Assembly: GCF_009834535.1 (NCBI RefSeq)
Contig: NC_045707.1
Coordinates: forward strand, 59,646,001-59,710,000
Source: Camelus ferus
Lineage: Eukaryota
DNA length: 64,000 nucleotides
Reading direction: 5' to 3'
In this document: in pieces, positions 39,116 through 52,969 of the stretch
How the letters are laid out: the number at the start of each line of letters is the position of its first letter
Position numbering within the stretch: position 1 is the stretch's first letter
Notes under the pieces: generated by a model
The model's database searches: none
Seen by the model: only the letters and a program-made list of their open reading frames with translations
What the model was told of the DNA's origin: nothing
Position numbers and translations under genes: made by a program

Positions 39116-41514
39116 ATTTTCAATGTGCTTCACTTGTTAGTAGAAGTTGATTCGACTTATGATGAAATAGAATTAAGTATAAAAATAAAGAAAAAGGCAA
39201 CAGTGTGAGCAAGAGAAGGAAAAGGGAAATACAAGAATGATGAGGCATGTCAGAGTTCAAATTCAGGGCGAAGTTACCATTTAATATATTTTCTTGAATA
39301 TCAGAGAGATACAGCAAAAGAGGTTATCAATTTCGTCTTTGTGATTACCCAAAAATGTTCTTCTAAGAGAGCCCCATCTGATTTTCCTTAAGTCTGAAAA
39401 ATTACTAACTCTGTCATAAACCTTTGCCCTGGGGGCCAAAAGACATATCTCAAGGAACTACATATTTCTCTTAGACAAAACTGAATGATTTGAAGACTGG
39501 AGTTATGTAGTAAATTGTTTCTGAGACATATTTGCAATAACAGTTTCCAGGGTCTTAACAATGTAATTTCTAGTGTTGCAACTTGGGAACATAACTGTAT
39601 TCCAAGGAAAGGTTATGTGTATAATAAGATATGGTAAGAGTGTTATGAATTAAAAAAAAAATCAGCTAAACTGAAATTTGATCCTCCTCTCTAAAAGACT
39701 TAAGAGAGTTCTCAACCAGTTGTGAAGATTTCTACTTCTCATTCTTGGATGGGGTGACTGAAACCATTGTATTGTGAAAGGTGCACACTTACTCATCTAA
39801 AACTAGAGTAAAGAGCTACACTTTCTATAGTTGTTACGAAAAAACACTAGAAGAAATACCCGCCAACTTGTAACGCTGCTCAATCAACACAAAGGTTGAT
39901 GATCCTAGATTGGGGTAAAGAAGTCTGCATCTCTCTCAGCAGGAAACCATAACAGAATTATCCAGGCCAACTCCTCTGCTAAGCACAGCACATGCAGTTG
40001 TACACTTAATGAGATTTTGTAAGATTTCGTTTGGATTGGTTTGGGTTTGGGTAGAGCGGCTATTGTTACATGGATAAGCAGGCTTATGTAGCAGGGTTTT
40101 CCTCTTAAATATTTTCCTGGGGTTCAACGTGAGCAAACTTTTGATTTGTGAGCTTTTGCTTTCCCTGAAGAAAAGTGGTCAGACTGAAATGAAAGTAAAG
40201 AGGCTCCCCCAGTTCTGGAAGCAGAATTCCCACAGTGTGAAAAACCACAATGAGATAGTGGTAATAAAATATGGCTGTGAGTTCCCAATCTGTCTTCAAC
40301 AGAGCTGCTTTCTCACCAATTCTCCTGGTAAATCAATTGTGTATGTAAACAGCTGGCGTCTCAGATATTAACTTGCACATGGTGGCCGTGCACATGATGT
40401 TTCTGAGAACCTGAGGTATGGCTGAACCTATGGAAATCTTAATTAACAACACAGTCCTCCCAAAACATTTCCTGGAACATATGTATTTTGAGTCAAATTC
40501 TTCCACATGGAACCCAATCCCCCCTAAACCCCCTGCCTCCCATTTTCATTTTCTTTTCATGTTTTCCACCTCCCATGAATAGTGAATTTTTCAAGCCATA
40601 CTCCAGAGCTTAAAACATTGCCATGTGCTTTACAATGTGAATGATGGATAACTTTTTGAAAAATTATAACCTATTGTGTTTTATTTCAGAAGCCACTGCC
40701 AAAAGTAAAACTCACAGGCCAGATTCCTAACTCCCTTGGAACTCTCCTATAGAAGTGACCCCTTGAAATTCCTAAACCCATGAAATAAATATGGATTGTA
40801 TTTTGTCTCAAATGCAAAATGTATTTTTCTTCTTGGCAAAATGCATAGATAACATTTGGTACCTAATGTGAATTTGTTCACCCATGTAGTCTCTGTCATT
40901 ACAAAGATACTAAAAAATAAAAATTAAAAAATAAGCAAACAAAACAGCAATAACAAAACATCTACTTTGTGTCATAAAAACATAACCAACTCCATGGCAT
41001 TGTAAATATAAGACTTCATGGTTGGGATCATTTTCCATCTAAATAGTACATCTTCATAATACACATTTGTATTATCCCCAGTTTTAAGACATGGTTTTAT
41101 ACCTAAGTATTTAATTACATTCTTTGCAAGAACACTTAAATATGATTAGCTACTTTAAGGAAAAGATTATTCAAGACAGACTTTTTCCAAAACCTTGTTT
41201 TGTTTTGTTTTTTCTTATCCTTCAAAAAATCCAAGAAATGTCATATAAAATTAAAGATAATGGTTTAAAATTCAGACAAAAGGAACCATTAGAAATCAAA
41301 ATTATTTCATTTAAAATCCATCATTACAAGAATTGCTGAATATTTGAAGATAATAGAATTGATTATATTTTGATTTTAGTTGCTGAATTAATGAGACTTA
41401 TAATATATTTTTGAAAAATTTTTGTTGCAAATTTCCTATTCCATGCAACCATCACTACTGAAAAATAAATTTGCACAATTATCATATGGTCAAAGAAAAC
41501 TGAAACAAAATCTT

Positions 41515-41762
41515 AGAGTATATAATAATAGTTCTTATTTATTAAAGGCTTAATTTATTCCAGGCACTGTAAAAAGATATCTAACCCTTACAAAAATTCC
41601 AGGAAGGTCATATTCCAATCTCCATTTTAGAAAAAAAAAAACAAAAAATGAAAAATATGGAACACAGAGAGGTTAAATGATATATTCAAGGATACTCTCT
41701 TTGTAAGTGGCAGAGCTGGAATTTGTATGTAAAACTGTCTGGTTCCAACCTCCATGCTTGAA
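41515..41762 (-). mobile_element. MIR SINE
   Basis: ccaggcactgt...ctccattttag...cacagagaggttaaatga...gtaagtggcagagctggaatttg. Confidence 0.8.
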
Positions 41763-42884
41763 TTCCTCCCCAAATTTATCAGAAACATGTAGGTTTGAAT
41801 TTCCCTTAATTAGTATCTCATTTTTCAGATTATGAAAATGGATGCATTTGTTTAAAATAAAAGTTAAAGATGTATTCAGTGCAAAGCCAGAAAATAGTTT
41901 TAAATATCTGATAATGCTAATTGAACTCTAAAGAATCAGAATTCAATCATTCTTATCCTTCATTGTCCAAAGTAAGTATAAAAATGTAAATCCACTTTAA
42001 GATCTGTACAATCTTATTTTCAGGAACTATCATTTCTTATTTTCAACTCAAACTATTCAAATTTTAAAGTGCATAATTCCATAATGTCTGGGGAAGATTT
42101 TTTACAAAGCCACTCCCTGATGTTCAAATATTTAATGTTATTTAGAAAAGAGAGCAGATAATTAACTCTATTTTTCTTCTTTTCAACTTAATATTTTACT
42201 GTTATATATTCCTCCAAATTATAAAATAATAGTAAAGATTTTATGTTTTTTTTATTATATCAATTCAAAACTCTGTGATATTCTTTCCACTATAAAATTT
42301 TCCAAGAGAATATTTTTCAATTATTTTGGACCTAAAAACCTTAATTAAGAGATTGAGTTAAACCAATTCAGTCTTAATTGAAATAAATCTAGATTTCCAA
42401 TGTGTATCTTTATACTTGAGAATAAAACAAATTTTGGGTGGGCCTTCTGTGTGACAACATTGCCCTTAGGGCTCAGAAAATGCCAACAGCCAGCTTTCAT
42501 AACTTCTGAGCAATTTATCAATATTTTCTCTTAATCTCACCCTGTCATTATCATTTCATAAACTAGTATTTATACTCAGACTTAAAAGCTACCAGTAACA
42601 AGAACAAATAATGCTCTAGTGAATAGAACTGCAAGATCTGCAAGCCCTATTTTTCCCTAACAGAGAACAGGAGGGACCTAAAACATCCTAATGTATATCC
42701 ACTGCTAAAAAGAATTACAAAGCATCCCTTTGTAATCCATGTCATATGTGCAGGATAAAATAAATTTCTGGAAAATTACATTAATGTGAAAATATTAATA
42801 TTCCAAAAAGTATAGGAAAAAGAAATGTTAATAATAAAACTTACATGGAAATAAACTTTATGATATTATGATGATGATCCAGTG

Positions 42885-43335
42885 CACATCAGTATCACTT
42901 CACATGTGCTATAAAATACATTGCCCAAAATTTAGTGAATTGACTCAACAACCATTTTTTAACTCGTGATACTGTAGGCTGACAATTTGGGCTGAACCCA
43001 GCTGAGCAGTTCCTTCGGTACTTGATGCAGTATCTGCAGTGAGCTGGTACTTGATGACTCATTCATGCGTTTGGCATTAGTGAGCTGTTGGCTGGGGACC
43101 TGGGTCATGTGCTATTCAGTATCCACTGGGCTAGCCCAGGCTTACTCACCTAGGGTTATCAAGAGCAGCAAGTGGGAAAACTACTAGACTCAGCTTTCTT
43201 ACAGTGTCTCTTTAACTACATCCTACTGCTAGAAGTAAATTTCAAGGCCAGCCCAGATTCGAAACGGGGGTAAACAGAGTCCCACACCCCACTTTGTAAT
43301 GAGAGGAGCTAAACGCCATGTAGAATTTTTATAGT
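42885..43335 (-). mobile_element. MaLR LTR (old MLT1 subfamily)
   Basis: cccaaaatttagtg...aacaaccattt...caatttgggctgaacccagctgagcagttc...aaggccagcccagattc. Confidence 0.75.
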
Positions 43336-45150
43336 ATATCAGGAAGTCATTAGGCATAGACCTTATGAGAAATGTGAAAAACAATGTAATGCCCCTTAGG
43401 GATAGCATAGATTCACTAAGAATAGATTCTATCAAATAACCTTCTTTCATTTTGTGACAGAGTTACTAAGTTGGAAATCAAGGGAATAACAAAGACGTAG
43501 ATATTTTAATTTTAGCAGATTTTTGATAATGATTTTACTACTTCTAGCAAAAAACAAACAAACAAACAAAAAAAAAACCCCTGAAATTCAGGCTATACAA
43601 TAGAACAGTTGGATAATTTCACAAAAATTTAGATAAATACAATTAAAGAATGATGATTAACATACTATTACCTACTGAATATTTTTAGAGAACACCCCAA
43701 AGGATGTACTTATCAGTATTTGTAAGTAATAGATTCCTAGACTTAAAAGATTCTGGTGGCATTCCTTTCAATTTAAAGATTAAGAAAAGATAGCAGGAAT
43801 AACTAACATGACTGGTGAGAAAATTGGAAATTAGCACAGCTGGGTTTAAAACTACATGTTATTATCCAAACACACATATAGAGACACACAGACACATAAT
43901 TGGGTTACAACCATCATAAAAACTTTATATCTTAATCTTTTCACTTACCTTTATATAAAACAAATATGGCCCTACATGATGATATATTCTTGGAAAACAG
44001 TTTATAATGACAAGCAATTTTGTTGTGTATCCATAAATTAACTGAAAATGTCAGAGGACACTTGAGTCAAAAATAATCACAAGAATAAGATCTATGGGAT
44101 TTATTCAGATTTATTCAAATTCAAGACTAGTCGTTTAGTATTTGCAAATAATATGAGCACTGCCGAAAGGACGATAAAGCTGGTTTAGGCTGAAACAGCA
44201 GAAACGGGCTGCCTTCCAGTTGTAGGAACTAATGAAACCCAGTCTGTTTGCTGGTAATACATCATGAACTACTGCTTTCTGTTAATTTTTCAATGTAAAG
44301 ATGTCAGTAACTAATTAGGCCATATCTAAAGAAAAAGAGCCAGGGCGTTAAAGAGTCCAGAACCCATATGACATGTGGAATAGTTGAAGGCCTCTGCTCA
44401 GAAGGGAGGACGAGAAGGTGAAATATTTTAATTTTTCTTCCACCTCACAAGACTATGAGCTCTCATGCCTTTTAGTATGCTGGCTTCCCAAAGCCAGCTC
44501 TGAGATCCTCAGGGCTTTTATTCATCTCCGTGTCCCTGAAACCTAATCAAGTCTGGGATGTGACAGGACTCATATGATGCCTGCTGAATAAATAAGTGAA
44601 TAAAAGGATACATTAATGAACTAGAATCAGGAAACAGAAGTTCCAGAGAGGCCCTTTTACCTTAGTATAAGAAAACAGGTAGATCTTGTGAGACCCTAAC
44701 GCCTGGTCATTAGAAGGATCCTGTCAAACTAACAAACATGCTAACGTAGAAGGAGCCTGACATTAAAGTGAGAATTTCACTGTCTTACTTCATGTAAAAT
44801 AAAGTTGACATTAATTTTTTAAAATAGAAATAAGATTATCTCTATTTTATACAGTGAGTAATTCTGCATGTTTTAGCAAATGAATATATACGTGTATGTG
44901 TGTATATTGAAGAGTAGCTGATATATTACATATATTTGATTTTATATCTCAAATAGTGTTTTTCATTAATAACTACTATTAGTAGTCTTTTATGAAGTAT
45001 ATAATAGACATTGAGTCCAGAATTAGAATATGTTTTCAACATTCTAGAAAAAAAAATGGTATGGTGTGAATTTCACCAAATCATAATATATATTCATTGT
45101 ATTTATGTAGGAGGGGGTATATTTTTGAGATATTAAAATAGCATACTTTT

Positions 45151-45242
45151 ATGAAAAAGAATCTGAAAAGAAAAAAGTATCTATATGTATGTATATGTTA
45201 ACTGAATCGCTTTGCTGTACACCTGAAACTAACACTGTAAAT
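45151..45242 (+). mobile_element. Cetartiodactyl-type L1 3' end fragment
   Basis: aaagaatctgaaaag...taactgaatcgctttgctgtacacctgaaactaacac. No A tail. Confidence 0.75.
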
Positions 45243-48200
45243 GACAAAACAGCCTCGAAAGTTAGGATTCATTGAATGAGGAAGTATTATCCAGATTGCA
45301 AAAACCTCCTTTCACCTACCAAAATGAAAGCCCTTGAGAACCAGAACACAGAGTTGTGGTATAAAACATAATGCACAGGATACGGGAGATATTTTCAGAG
45401 AGGCTAAACGTGATGGTGAGAATTTTAAAAAGTTCAAACAGCAGGAAAGAAGCAAGGAGATTCAGAAGGGGTATGTCTAAAGAAAGACACCACTAGGATT
45501 AGGATTCGAGATAGAATCTCGTAGCTTGGGGGGTAGTCCTAGGATGGACAGTTGGATAAGAAAAATTCCCAGACAGGCTGAAGATCATGGTGACAGCTAG
45601 AGGACTTGTGATCCACTTCCCATGTGGTGGCTGGGAGGGCTAAAATGCAGAGTGCCCCTTGCCAATATTGACAGCCCCAGTAGAGGGGAAATGGCAGCTG
45701 GACAGGGTTAGGCAGATAGGGCTAGAGATAGCATTCCTGATGTATGTGAATCCAGAGTTTCTGTCTATCCCACTGGGGGTATGCAAAAGGGCAGAGAGGA
45801 CTAGTGTGCCCAAAGAGAGCTGGTATTAGGTTGAGGCAGATGCAGAAGTGAGGCAATGGTTACCAGCGGCTGGTGTCCACATAGGACCTAATGCCCAAAT
45901 CTTAGCAGAAAGTGGCATTGCATGCCCAGGGACCAAGCTGTATGGGGCTATTGCCGCACAGAACAGCAAGGATTCCAATGGTTGCAAGCAACCAAGAGAG
46001 TCATTCTCACTCCATCTGCTGGTACCTTGAATACACACCAAACTTCCCTAAACACACTGTGTCCATCTAGCAAATGATGGCATTCTGTAAATGAGAAAAG
46101 AGGAGAGAAACCTCATGGAGGAAGGAAAACAGCACTGACAAAAAGTCTGACCCTCAAATTACTAAATATTTATTCTAATGGAGGCTTTCCTAAATGAACA
46201 AATAAGGAGGAGTCTAATTTAGGTTTCTCCCATCCTTACCAATCTCCTTTTCTACCAACATCAGCAGAAATGGAGATTTGAGAGCAAGAAGAGGTATGTT
46301 ACAGAAAATACTGAATTATATTATCTTATCCACCAGACAAGTCGTGTATCTTAAAGCCCTTTACGTCAAACGTATATATTACAATGCACTTGGTTGAATT
46401 TACTACACTACAATGGACCTGTGATTACTTACAGGATGGTCCAGATCATATATCACCCTAGACAAGGAAAACTGTATTAACACCCATAAACCTACCCTGG
46501 TGATAGAGCATGGCCATGGTTACTGAATAGAGTGACCTCACCAATTATGTTCTAGCTGATGAGGAAATCAAAGAATGCCAAGGTTATTTTAGGAGTTAAA
46601 CCATGCCTGGAGGATATTCCATCTCCTTACTGATTCTCCAGCACAAAGCTATGGCTGGCTTTCTATGAAACAATGAGTATTGGATTTGATGATAAAGTCA
46701 TATTCATTTCCCAAGCAAGTTTCTTAGAGTAACCTAAATAATAGTTAACAAAAAATGGAACACTCAGGTCATGACTTGTATATTCATTTTTTAAGATGAT
46801 CTGGCCTTAAGATGGTCCATTTCCATTTGCTGGGTCTTAATTTTACTAATGTCCAAAAAAGAGGTACTTGTATTAGAAGACCCTCCACTATCCCTTCCAC
46901 TATTCATACTCTACATTTGATGAGACAGATTTAGAGACATATGAAACCATTCATTCAAGATGGACTAGTACACTATATTCAAGTAAAAATTATGGAGATT
47001 TTGACCTTGAATCACTGAAATGGCAGAAATATACCAAAGTAGTGGAACCAATATTGATACTCAAGCAATCATGAATAAGTTCTAGGATAGCTCTTTTTGA
47101 AACAAAGGCACCATGAGGCAAATCATGGGTCAAAAAAATTTACAAAAATCATTATTAATTTTTAAAATTCAACAAATATGTTTAAATTCTTATTGCACAC
47201 AAGACATTGTGTGAAGGATCTCAGGGGATACAAACATGAATCAAATATGTCCCTCCTTAAAGTAAGAGTTTAAATGAAAAGCTTCATTTCAATCAGATTA
47301 AGGAGAACTTTGAACGAATGCCAAGATTCCCAGCTGTGTTAGGGAAGATTAATTTGTCAACAGTGTCTAGGAAGGACTAGTATCACTTTTATAGCCACAA
47401 AAATCAAAGAAAACACTGCTATTATACAATCATTCCTGAGAGATTCAAAACTTATGATCTATAAACCTCAGTGAACTGGCAAACCCAGCACAACCTCTTT
47501 TTTGGAATATGTATCGAATTGAATGGAATCACGCTGAGAAGACTGATGGTTTCAGTCTTTCTTAAGGAAATTTATCTCCGTTTACCTGGGTTCTGCCCTC
47601 TAAAATAAAGGACGGCAGTGAAATTTAAATCCTTGAGTGCCCCAGAACACATGGCAAACACAGCCTACATTTTGCTCGACAGATAAAAAGGTAGGCATCT
47701 CTTGATGCTTTATGCCACTCCCAGGATAAACTGTTCCAAGTGTTTAGTAAATTATGGTGGTATTGAAAATGGTCTGAGCTCATGATTTATTTTTTTGTAG
47801 TAGAGGACAAAGTTCCTGTATGTTTCCAACTTGACTATTTGCAGCAGAGAAAGGTTTTGATTTACTTTGACTAAAACACTTGGAGTACAATGGAAGGAGG
47901 GTAAGAACTTCTCACTGATTTTTTTCCCATTAAGCATGTTTAGGCAAACCTGAGAAATTATTCCACAGAATGGATCTTATATTCATTCAGTAACCTAGCT
48001 TTGCAGCTAGTAGCAAAATCCACTGGCTTAACTCAGAGCTGTCCTGTTATTTTAACATGGCTGTTTCTATTTATAAAGTTACACAATCCACTTGGTGCCT
48101 TCTTCCTCCTTGTCTGAGACACAGTTTACAGAAAGAAACCACAGTCATTACATAATTGCATTGCCAGGAAATCCAAGTGTTGTTTTCTGGTAGAGAGTAA

Positions 48201-49846
48201 AAGACCGGCACCTTGACTTATGTCTTACTCATCTTAAATCACATCTGCTTTGGGGCACTTTCCCCTGTCTCTAGAATGTGCTCTGAAGTTTTACCACGTT
48301 TATTAGAAGGCTCTTTTTGCTCTTATGACTATTCATGTGGTGGTATTACAGATGTCCTGTAAATGAAAGCCTGCTGCACAACAGGAAGTGCCCACTGCCA
48401 AGTCCTCTAGAGAGTCAGCGACACGTCCATGAGAGGATCCAGGTGGTTAGACATTTGAACAAAAGTTTTACACAACTGCATTTGAAAGGAAGAAAGCAAA
48501 AGACAAGGCAGACGTTGGAACTCACTCTATCTCTCCTTTCAATTTAATGGCAGCTGCACCAACTGGATACGTTCATCCAAGCCAACATTGTGATTGGGTA
48601 GTATATTGAAGAACTTTCCTCTGGAAGCTGAAATGAGCTACAAATGCAGCTGAATGAACACAGGGATGAGATGTCAAAGACGTTCTTGCAACTCCTTAAA
48701 ATATTAAATGTAATTAAAATGTAATTACTATTTATTCGATGAAGGCTGCGGAAGAGAAAGGGATATACCAGTGTGGTCATACCCATAATTCCAGTAGCAT
48801 CTTTTCTCATATTTCATGCAGAATGAGTTGCAGATAATGTCAGCATCTGGGCCACTCTCTGCCTACAAGGACTTCTTTCCTGTTGAAACCTCTGCAGTGT
48901 TATCTTTCAGCTGGATTTTTATCTTCTCATTCTTTTAATTCTCTCAGCTTGCTTCACACAGACCATACCGAATAGCTAAACAAAATGTGTTTAGTGCCCG
49001 AGGGAATTCATTTTCTGCCTGGGATAACCAGACAAAGGGTGATGCAAATCCTCGCCTGAATTGAAAATGTGCTGTTATCTTGAAGGCAACTTTCCTTATC
49101 CAATAAAAACAGAGAGGGAGAATGCGTGACCTTAAAAAACATTTTTCTGAAACCTAAGATTCTCACACACACACACAAATGCCTCTGATAATTCGGGGTG
49201 AAGACAGATGCTCTCTCCCTCTTTGTACTTCCCAAACATTTTGTCAATGGTCTATTGTTAAAGTGTGGACTTTCTCCCAGACCACATCCTGTCTGTCTTA
49301 TGGAGAAGCAAGCTGCTGAAGCAAAAGGAAAGTCTTGTTTTTGTGTGTAGTTTTTGACGGTGTAGAGAAAACAAACCAATCTCAAGATATCTCTAAATTC
49401 AACTCAGGATCTGTAGGACTGATGTTGGAAACTACCTGATGAACTCAGGGAACTAAGTATGCTTGTTTTATTGACACCTATGAGTCTTTTGCACAAAAGG
49501 AAAGAACAGGACATTCATTATTGCCAACGCTAGTTACAATGGTATGGCTAAGGAAGGAGCAGATGTAAATATTTGAACCTTGAAAAAAGGAATCATTCTT
49601 CTTTGAATAACTAGCACTTCCACAGAAAAACTACTTCTAATTAGGATAAGTGTCATTCAAGAAAGGACATGTTCTGTTAAATCGAACTAGAGAGCTACCC
49701 ATATCTGACAACGAATCCTTAATGAAATGAGGTTGTACTTTAAAATGGATAAGTTTAAAATATATTTTCAACTACTATAAGATAAGAATAATTTGACAAA
49801 AGTGAAATAAAATTAAAGAGAAAAATAAGAAAATCTGGTTCAGAAT

Positions 49847-49957
49847 TAGGGTGACCCAGTACCCCAGGGTGCCCCTGGACTGAGAGATTCCCAAAATAAG
49901 AATTTCAGTGCTAGAGTGAGGACAGTTTTGGGAAAATCACTACAGCTGGTTACCCTA
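49847..49957. mobile_element. MER81-like hAT-Blackjack MITE
   Basis: TIRs tagggtgacc / ggttacccta, 111 bp long. 8-bp flanks ttcagaat / tgcagact (6/8) fit a hAT TSD. Confidence 0.8.
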
Positions 49958-50441
49958 TGCAGACTTCATAATTTCTTTAAAAATTTTAATGTTTCCTTAT
50001 AGAAGGTAGGGGTAAGGGGAGAAAACAGTAAGTAAAATCTGTAATAAGAATGTTATCAACAAAATTGTTATTTAAATTACATAGCAATGTTTCTGTATGC
50101 CCCCAGGAAATATTTCTTGCACATCTAGAAGCAGATAAAGATGTAAACTTCATAAGGAAATAACAGCTCATGCTTTGGGCACTAAGTACAACATCACTCG
50201 CTTAACCCTTATGTATTCGCAGCTCCAAAGTTCAGATCCCAATGTCTAGATGACTTCTAGCAACTATGCAAGACATCACAGCACAAACTTCATACAGCAG
50301 CCTTTCTTCTAGCTTTATCTTATTCTATTGTTCTTTTCTTCTTATAATCCTATTTTATTTGCACGTGCTTTGAAATCTTATATGTTGCACATTTTTTTAA
50401 GTTCTACTAAATCCTTTTTTCAAATGAAAAATAATTTAAAT

Positions 50442-50522
50442 CAGTGGTTCTAAACTGAGGGCAATTTCTCCTCCATCAGGGGACAGGCAATGTCTGGGGA
50501 CATTTTCAATGGTCACAACTGG
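50442..50522 (+). mobile_element. MER20 5' fragment
   Basis: cagtggttctaaact...ggcaatgtctggggacatttt...gtcacaactgg. Confidence 0.8.
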
Positions 50523-50542
50523 AAAGAATAAACCTGTTTGAA

Positions 50543-50703
50543 GGGGGAGGGTATAGCTCAGTGACAGAGTACATGCTTAGCATGCAAGAGGTTCTGGGTT
50601 TAATACCCAGTACCGCCATTAAAAACAAATGAATGAATAAATAAACCTAATTACCTCCCTCCAAAACATTAATTAAAAAAAGAACAAAAGATACAAAAGA
50701 AAA
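50543..50703 (+). mobile_element. Camelid tRNA-derived SINE (Vic-1-like)
   Basis: gggggagggtatagctcagtgacagagtacatgcttagcatgc...ataaacctaattacctccc plus A-rich tail. TSD aaacctgtttgaa (50530-50542) / aaacttgtttgaa (50704-50716). Confidence 0.92.
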
Positions 50704-52395
50704 AAACTTGTTTGAAATAAAACATATCCCAAATGCATAATAAAAGTTATGATATTTAAAAATCTGAATTATAATTGTTTCTGATATTTCTAGGTATATT
50801 AAACAGGAACTTAATGTTGCCAAAAACAATAAATTCCTAAAAATAGTCCCAGGTGTTGCAAGTGTATTTCCCATAAAGCCTATCATGTTAAAGTGAGCTT
50901 TCATACACATACATGTGCGTGCACACACACACACATACACACACATCGCCTTGTAGATGGTAAGTATACAATAAATAATTGATGGCAGACTGATTGATAA
51001 AGATAAGAAAAGTCACCTATGATCCATGATGTAGACACAGAAGTGGAAACTGAAGGGATTTACACTTGTGACATGGCAACCTTTTAGAATACATTAGATC
51101 TGGCCTGAGTCAGAGGAAAAGAGCAGAGAGAACACATTGTTGGAGATGATAAAGTTTGTGCTCAGTGGAAGAAGGCAACACACAAGTGTGGATATCAAAA
51201 AGCCAGCCAAAGGAAGGAAGAAACAGCTATAAAAAGCAGATGGTTTGAGGGGAAAGGAAATGTAAAACAGAATCCAAGAAATATATGGGTCAAAATAATA
51301 ACATAAAAGGTTCTGGCAAAAATATCGCTCCATAGAAATTCAGCAAAAAGTCAAAAAAAAAAAAAAAAAGGCATGGCAAGATTAAAAATGTAAGCATTCG
51401 GGGGCAATAAAGAGAAATGTGTATTATTTGCGTATTTTTTAGAGTCTAAAACGTGAGCAGTCGAAATTGATCCATGTTAAAGCTAAACAGTAAACACCGT
51501 CAAAGAGAAGTAGAAACTTGATGACAATCCCAGTTGCACAACAAAATCTAAAGACCAATTAAGTCACTAGAAATTTACCAAGCATTCAAAAAGAGGTTGT
51601 TTTTTGCACCATTCTTTGTATTTGCTTACCGAGGTCTGAAAGGACTGTACTATGAGTTGCTTCCCTCAATACGAGTGGTGGGTTTGCCAATGACCCATTC
51701 ATACCTTCTCACTAGGTTCCCTTTGGAACCAATTTGCAACGTGCCGACAGAAGCTACGTGGTGTCTCCAGGCCAAGGGAGCAGATGCTCCTTCACATAAC
51801 CATGCTGCCACCCACGTGACATTGAGAAGCCAGCAAATGCCTCCTTCCTGCTGTGACGCCCAACTCCAGCCCGATAGTTTAAACTTCACTTGGAGAATTC
51901 AGATCTGACACTCTCTTGGCCTTTCTGGCTCCCAGCTTGATGGAAAGTTTCCAGGTCCAGCAAGAGAAGAACATTACTAGCTGAGCACTGAAGCAAATAG
52001 AAACAAGGGCACAGGCCCAGGAGAGTGGTGCTTTTAGGATGTAAGTTTGGATCGGCAGGTTGGAACAGGAGAAATTGAAGGTGGTTAGCAAAATCATAAA
52101 GTGGGAAGTATCCCGAGGCGTCCTGAGACCACAGCGAGCTTTTTTTAATGATACGTATGTGTAGGTGGGCCTGGTCTGTTTTTTAAAAGCAGACTTAACT
52201 ACAAGATATTTTCTTTCTGTTCATTTAGTAATTTGAATATGATTATGATCCTCCACTCATTCAACGTTTTGCTCTTAAAGACAAGTCCTTAGAATTTAAG
52301 ACAACTTTTTGACAATCTGAAAGACACTTCTGGGCACCTTAGAATATTTTCAATATGATAATTTTTTGCTAAATGTTGAACATCTGACTAAGTAA

Positions 52396-52969
52396 GTAGT
52401 CACTGGCAAACTAAATTCTGGCTAATAGTTCACCAAACCATTTCTGGGCACACAGCTGGATTATACTTCCTAGCCTTTCAAGAGATTAGGTATCACCATA
52501 CGACTGAGTTCTGACCAAGAGAACTGAGTGGAAATGGTACAAGTCTCTCATGCAATCCTCCATTTTCTCCTTCACTGATGGTTAGCTAGAGGTGGGTGAT
52601 GAAACCACAAGCTAAAAATAAATCTGATTTCCTGAATCACCATAACCCAGTGTCAGAAAACTTTCTATAAAGGACCAGACAGTAAATATTTCAGGCCACA
52701 CAGTCTGTTATAATTACTCTACTCTGCTGTTATAGCACAAAAACAGCCACAGACAACAACAACAAAAACCCAACATTACATCACGGCTATGTTCCAGTAA
52801 AATTTTACTTAATAAAATTGGGTGCCAACCCAGATTTGACCTATGGACCATAGTTTGTCAACCCCTGATTATCTGGAATAGACAAAATTACAAAAAACAA
52901 ACTCTTGTGTTAAGCTGCTGAGACTTAAGGTTAGCTGTTAGAGAAGTCAGCATTACCAAAACTAACACA
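52396..52969 (+). mobile_element. MLT1J-like MaLR LTR interrupted by MER58
   Basis: tcaccaaaccatttctgggcacacagctggattatacttcctagcc...gactgagttctgacca; 3' end tgtgttaagctgctgagactt...actaacaca. Confidence 0.75.
52647..52867 (+). mobile_element. MER58A-like hAT-Charlie MITE
   Basis: aaactttctataaaggaccagacagtaaatattt...ggctatgttccagtaaaattttact...ccatagtttgtcaacccctg. Confidence 0.85.

Noticed and set aside
49008..49385. 125-aa minus-strand ORF
   Set aside because: Non-ATG start, crosses a CA repeat, and has no recognisable domain or convincing splice context.
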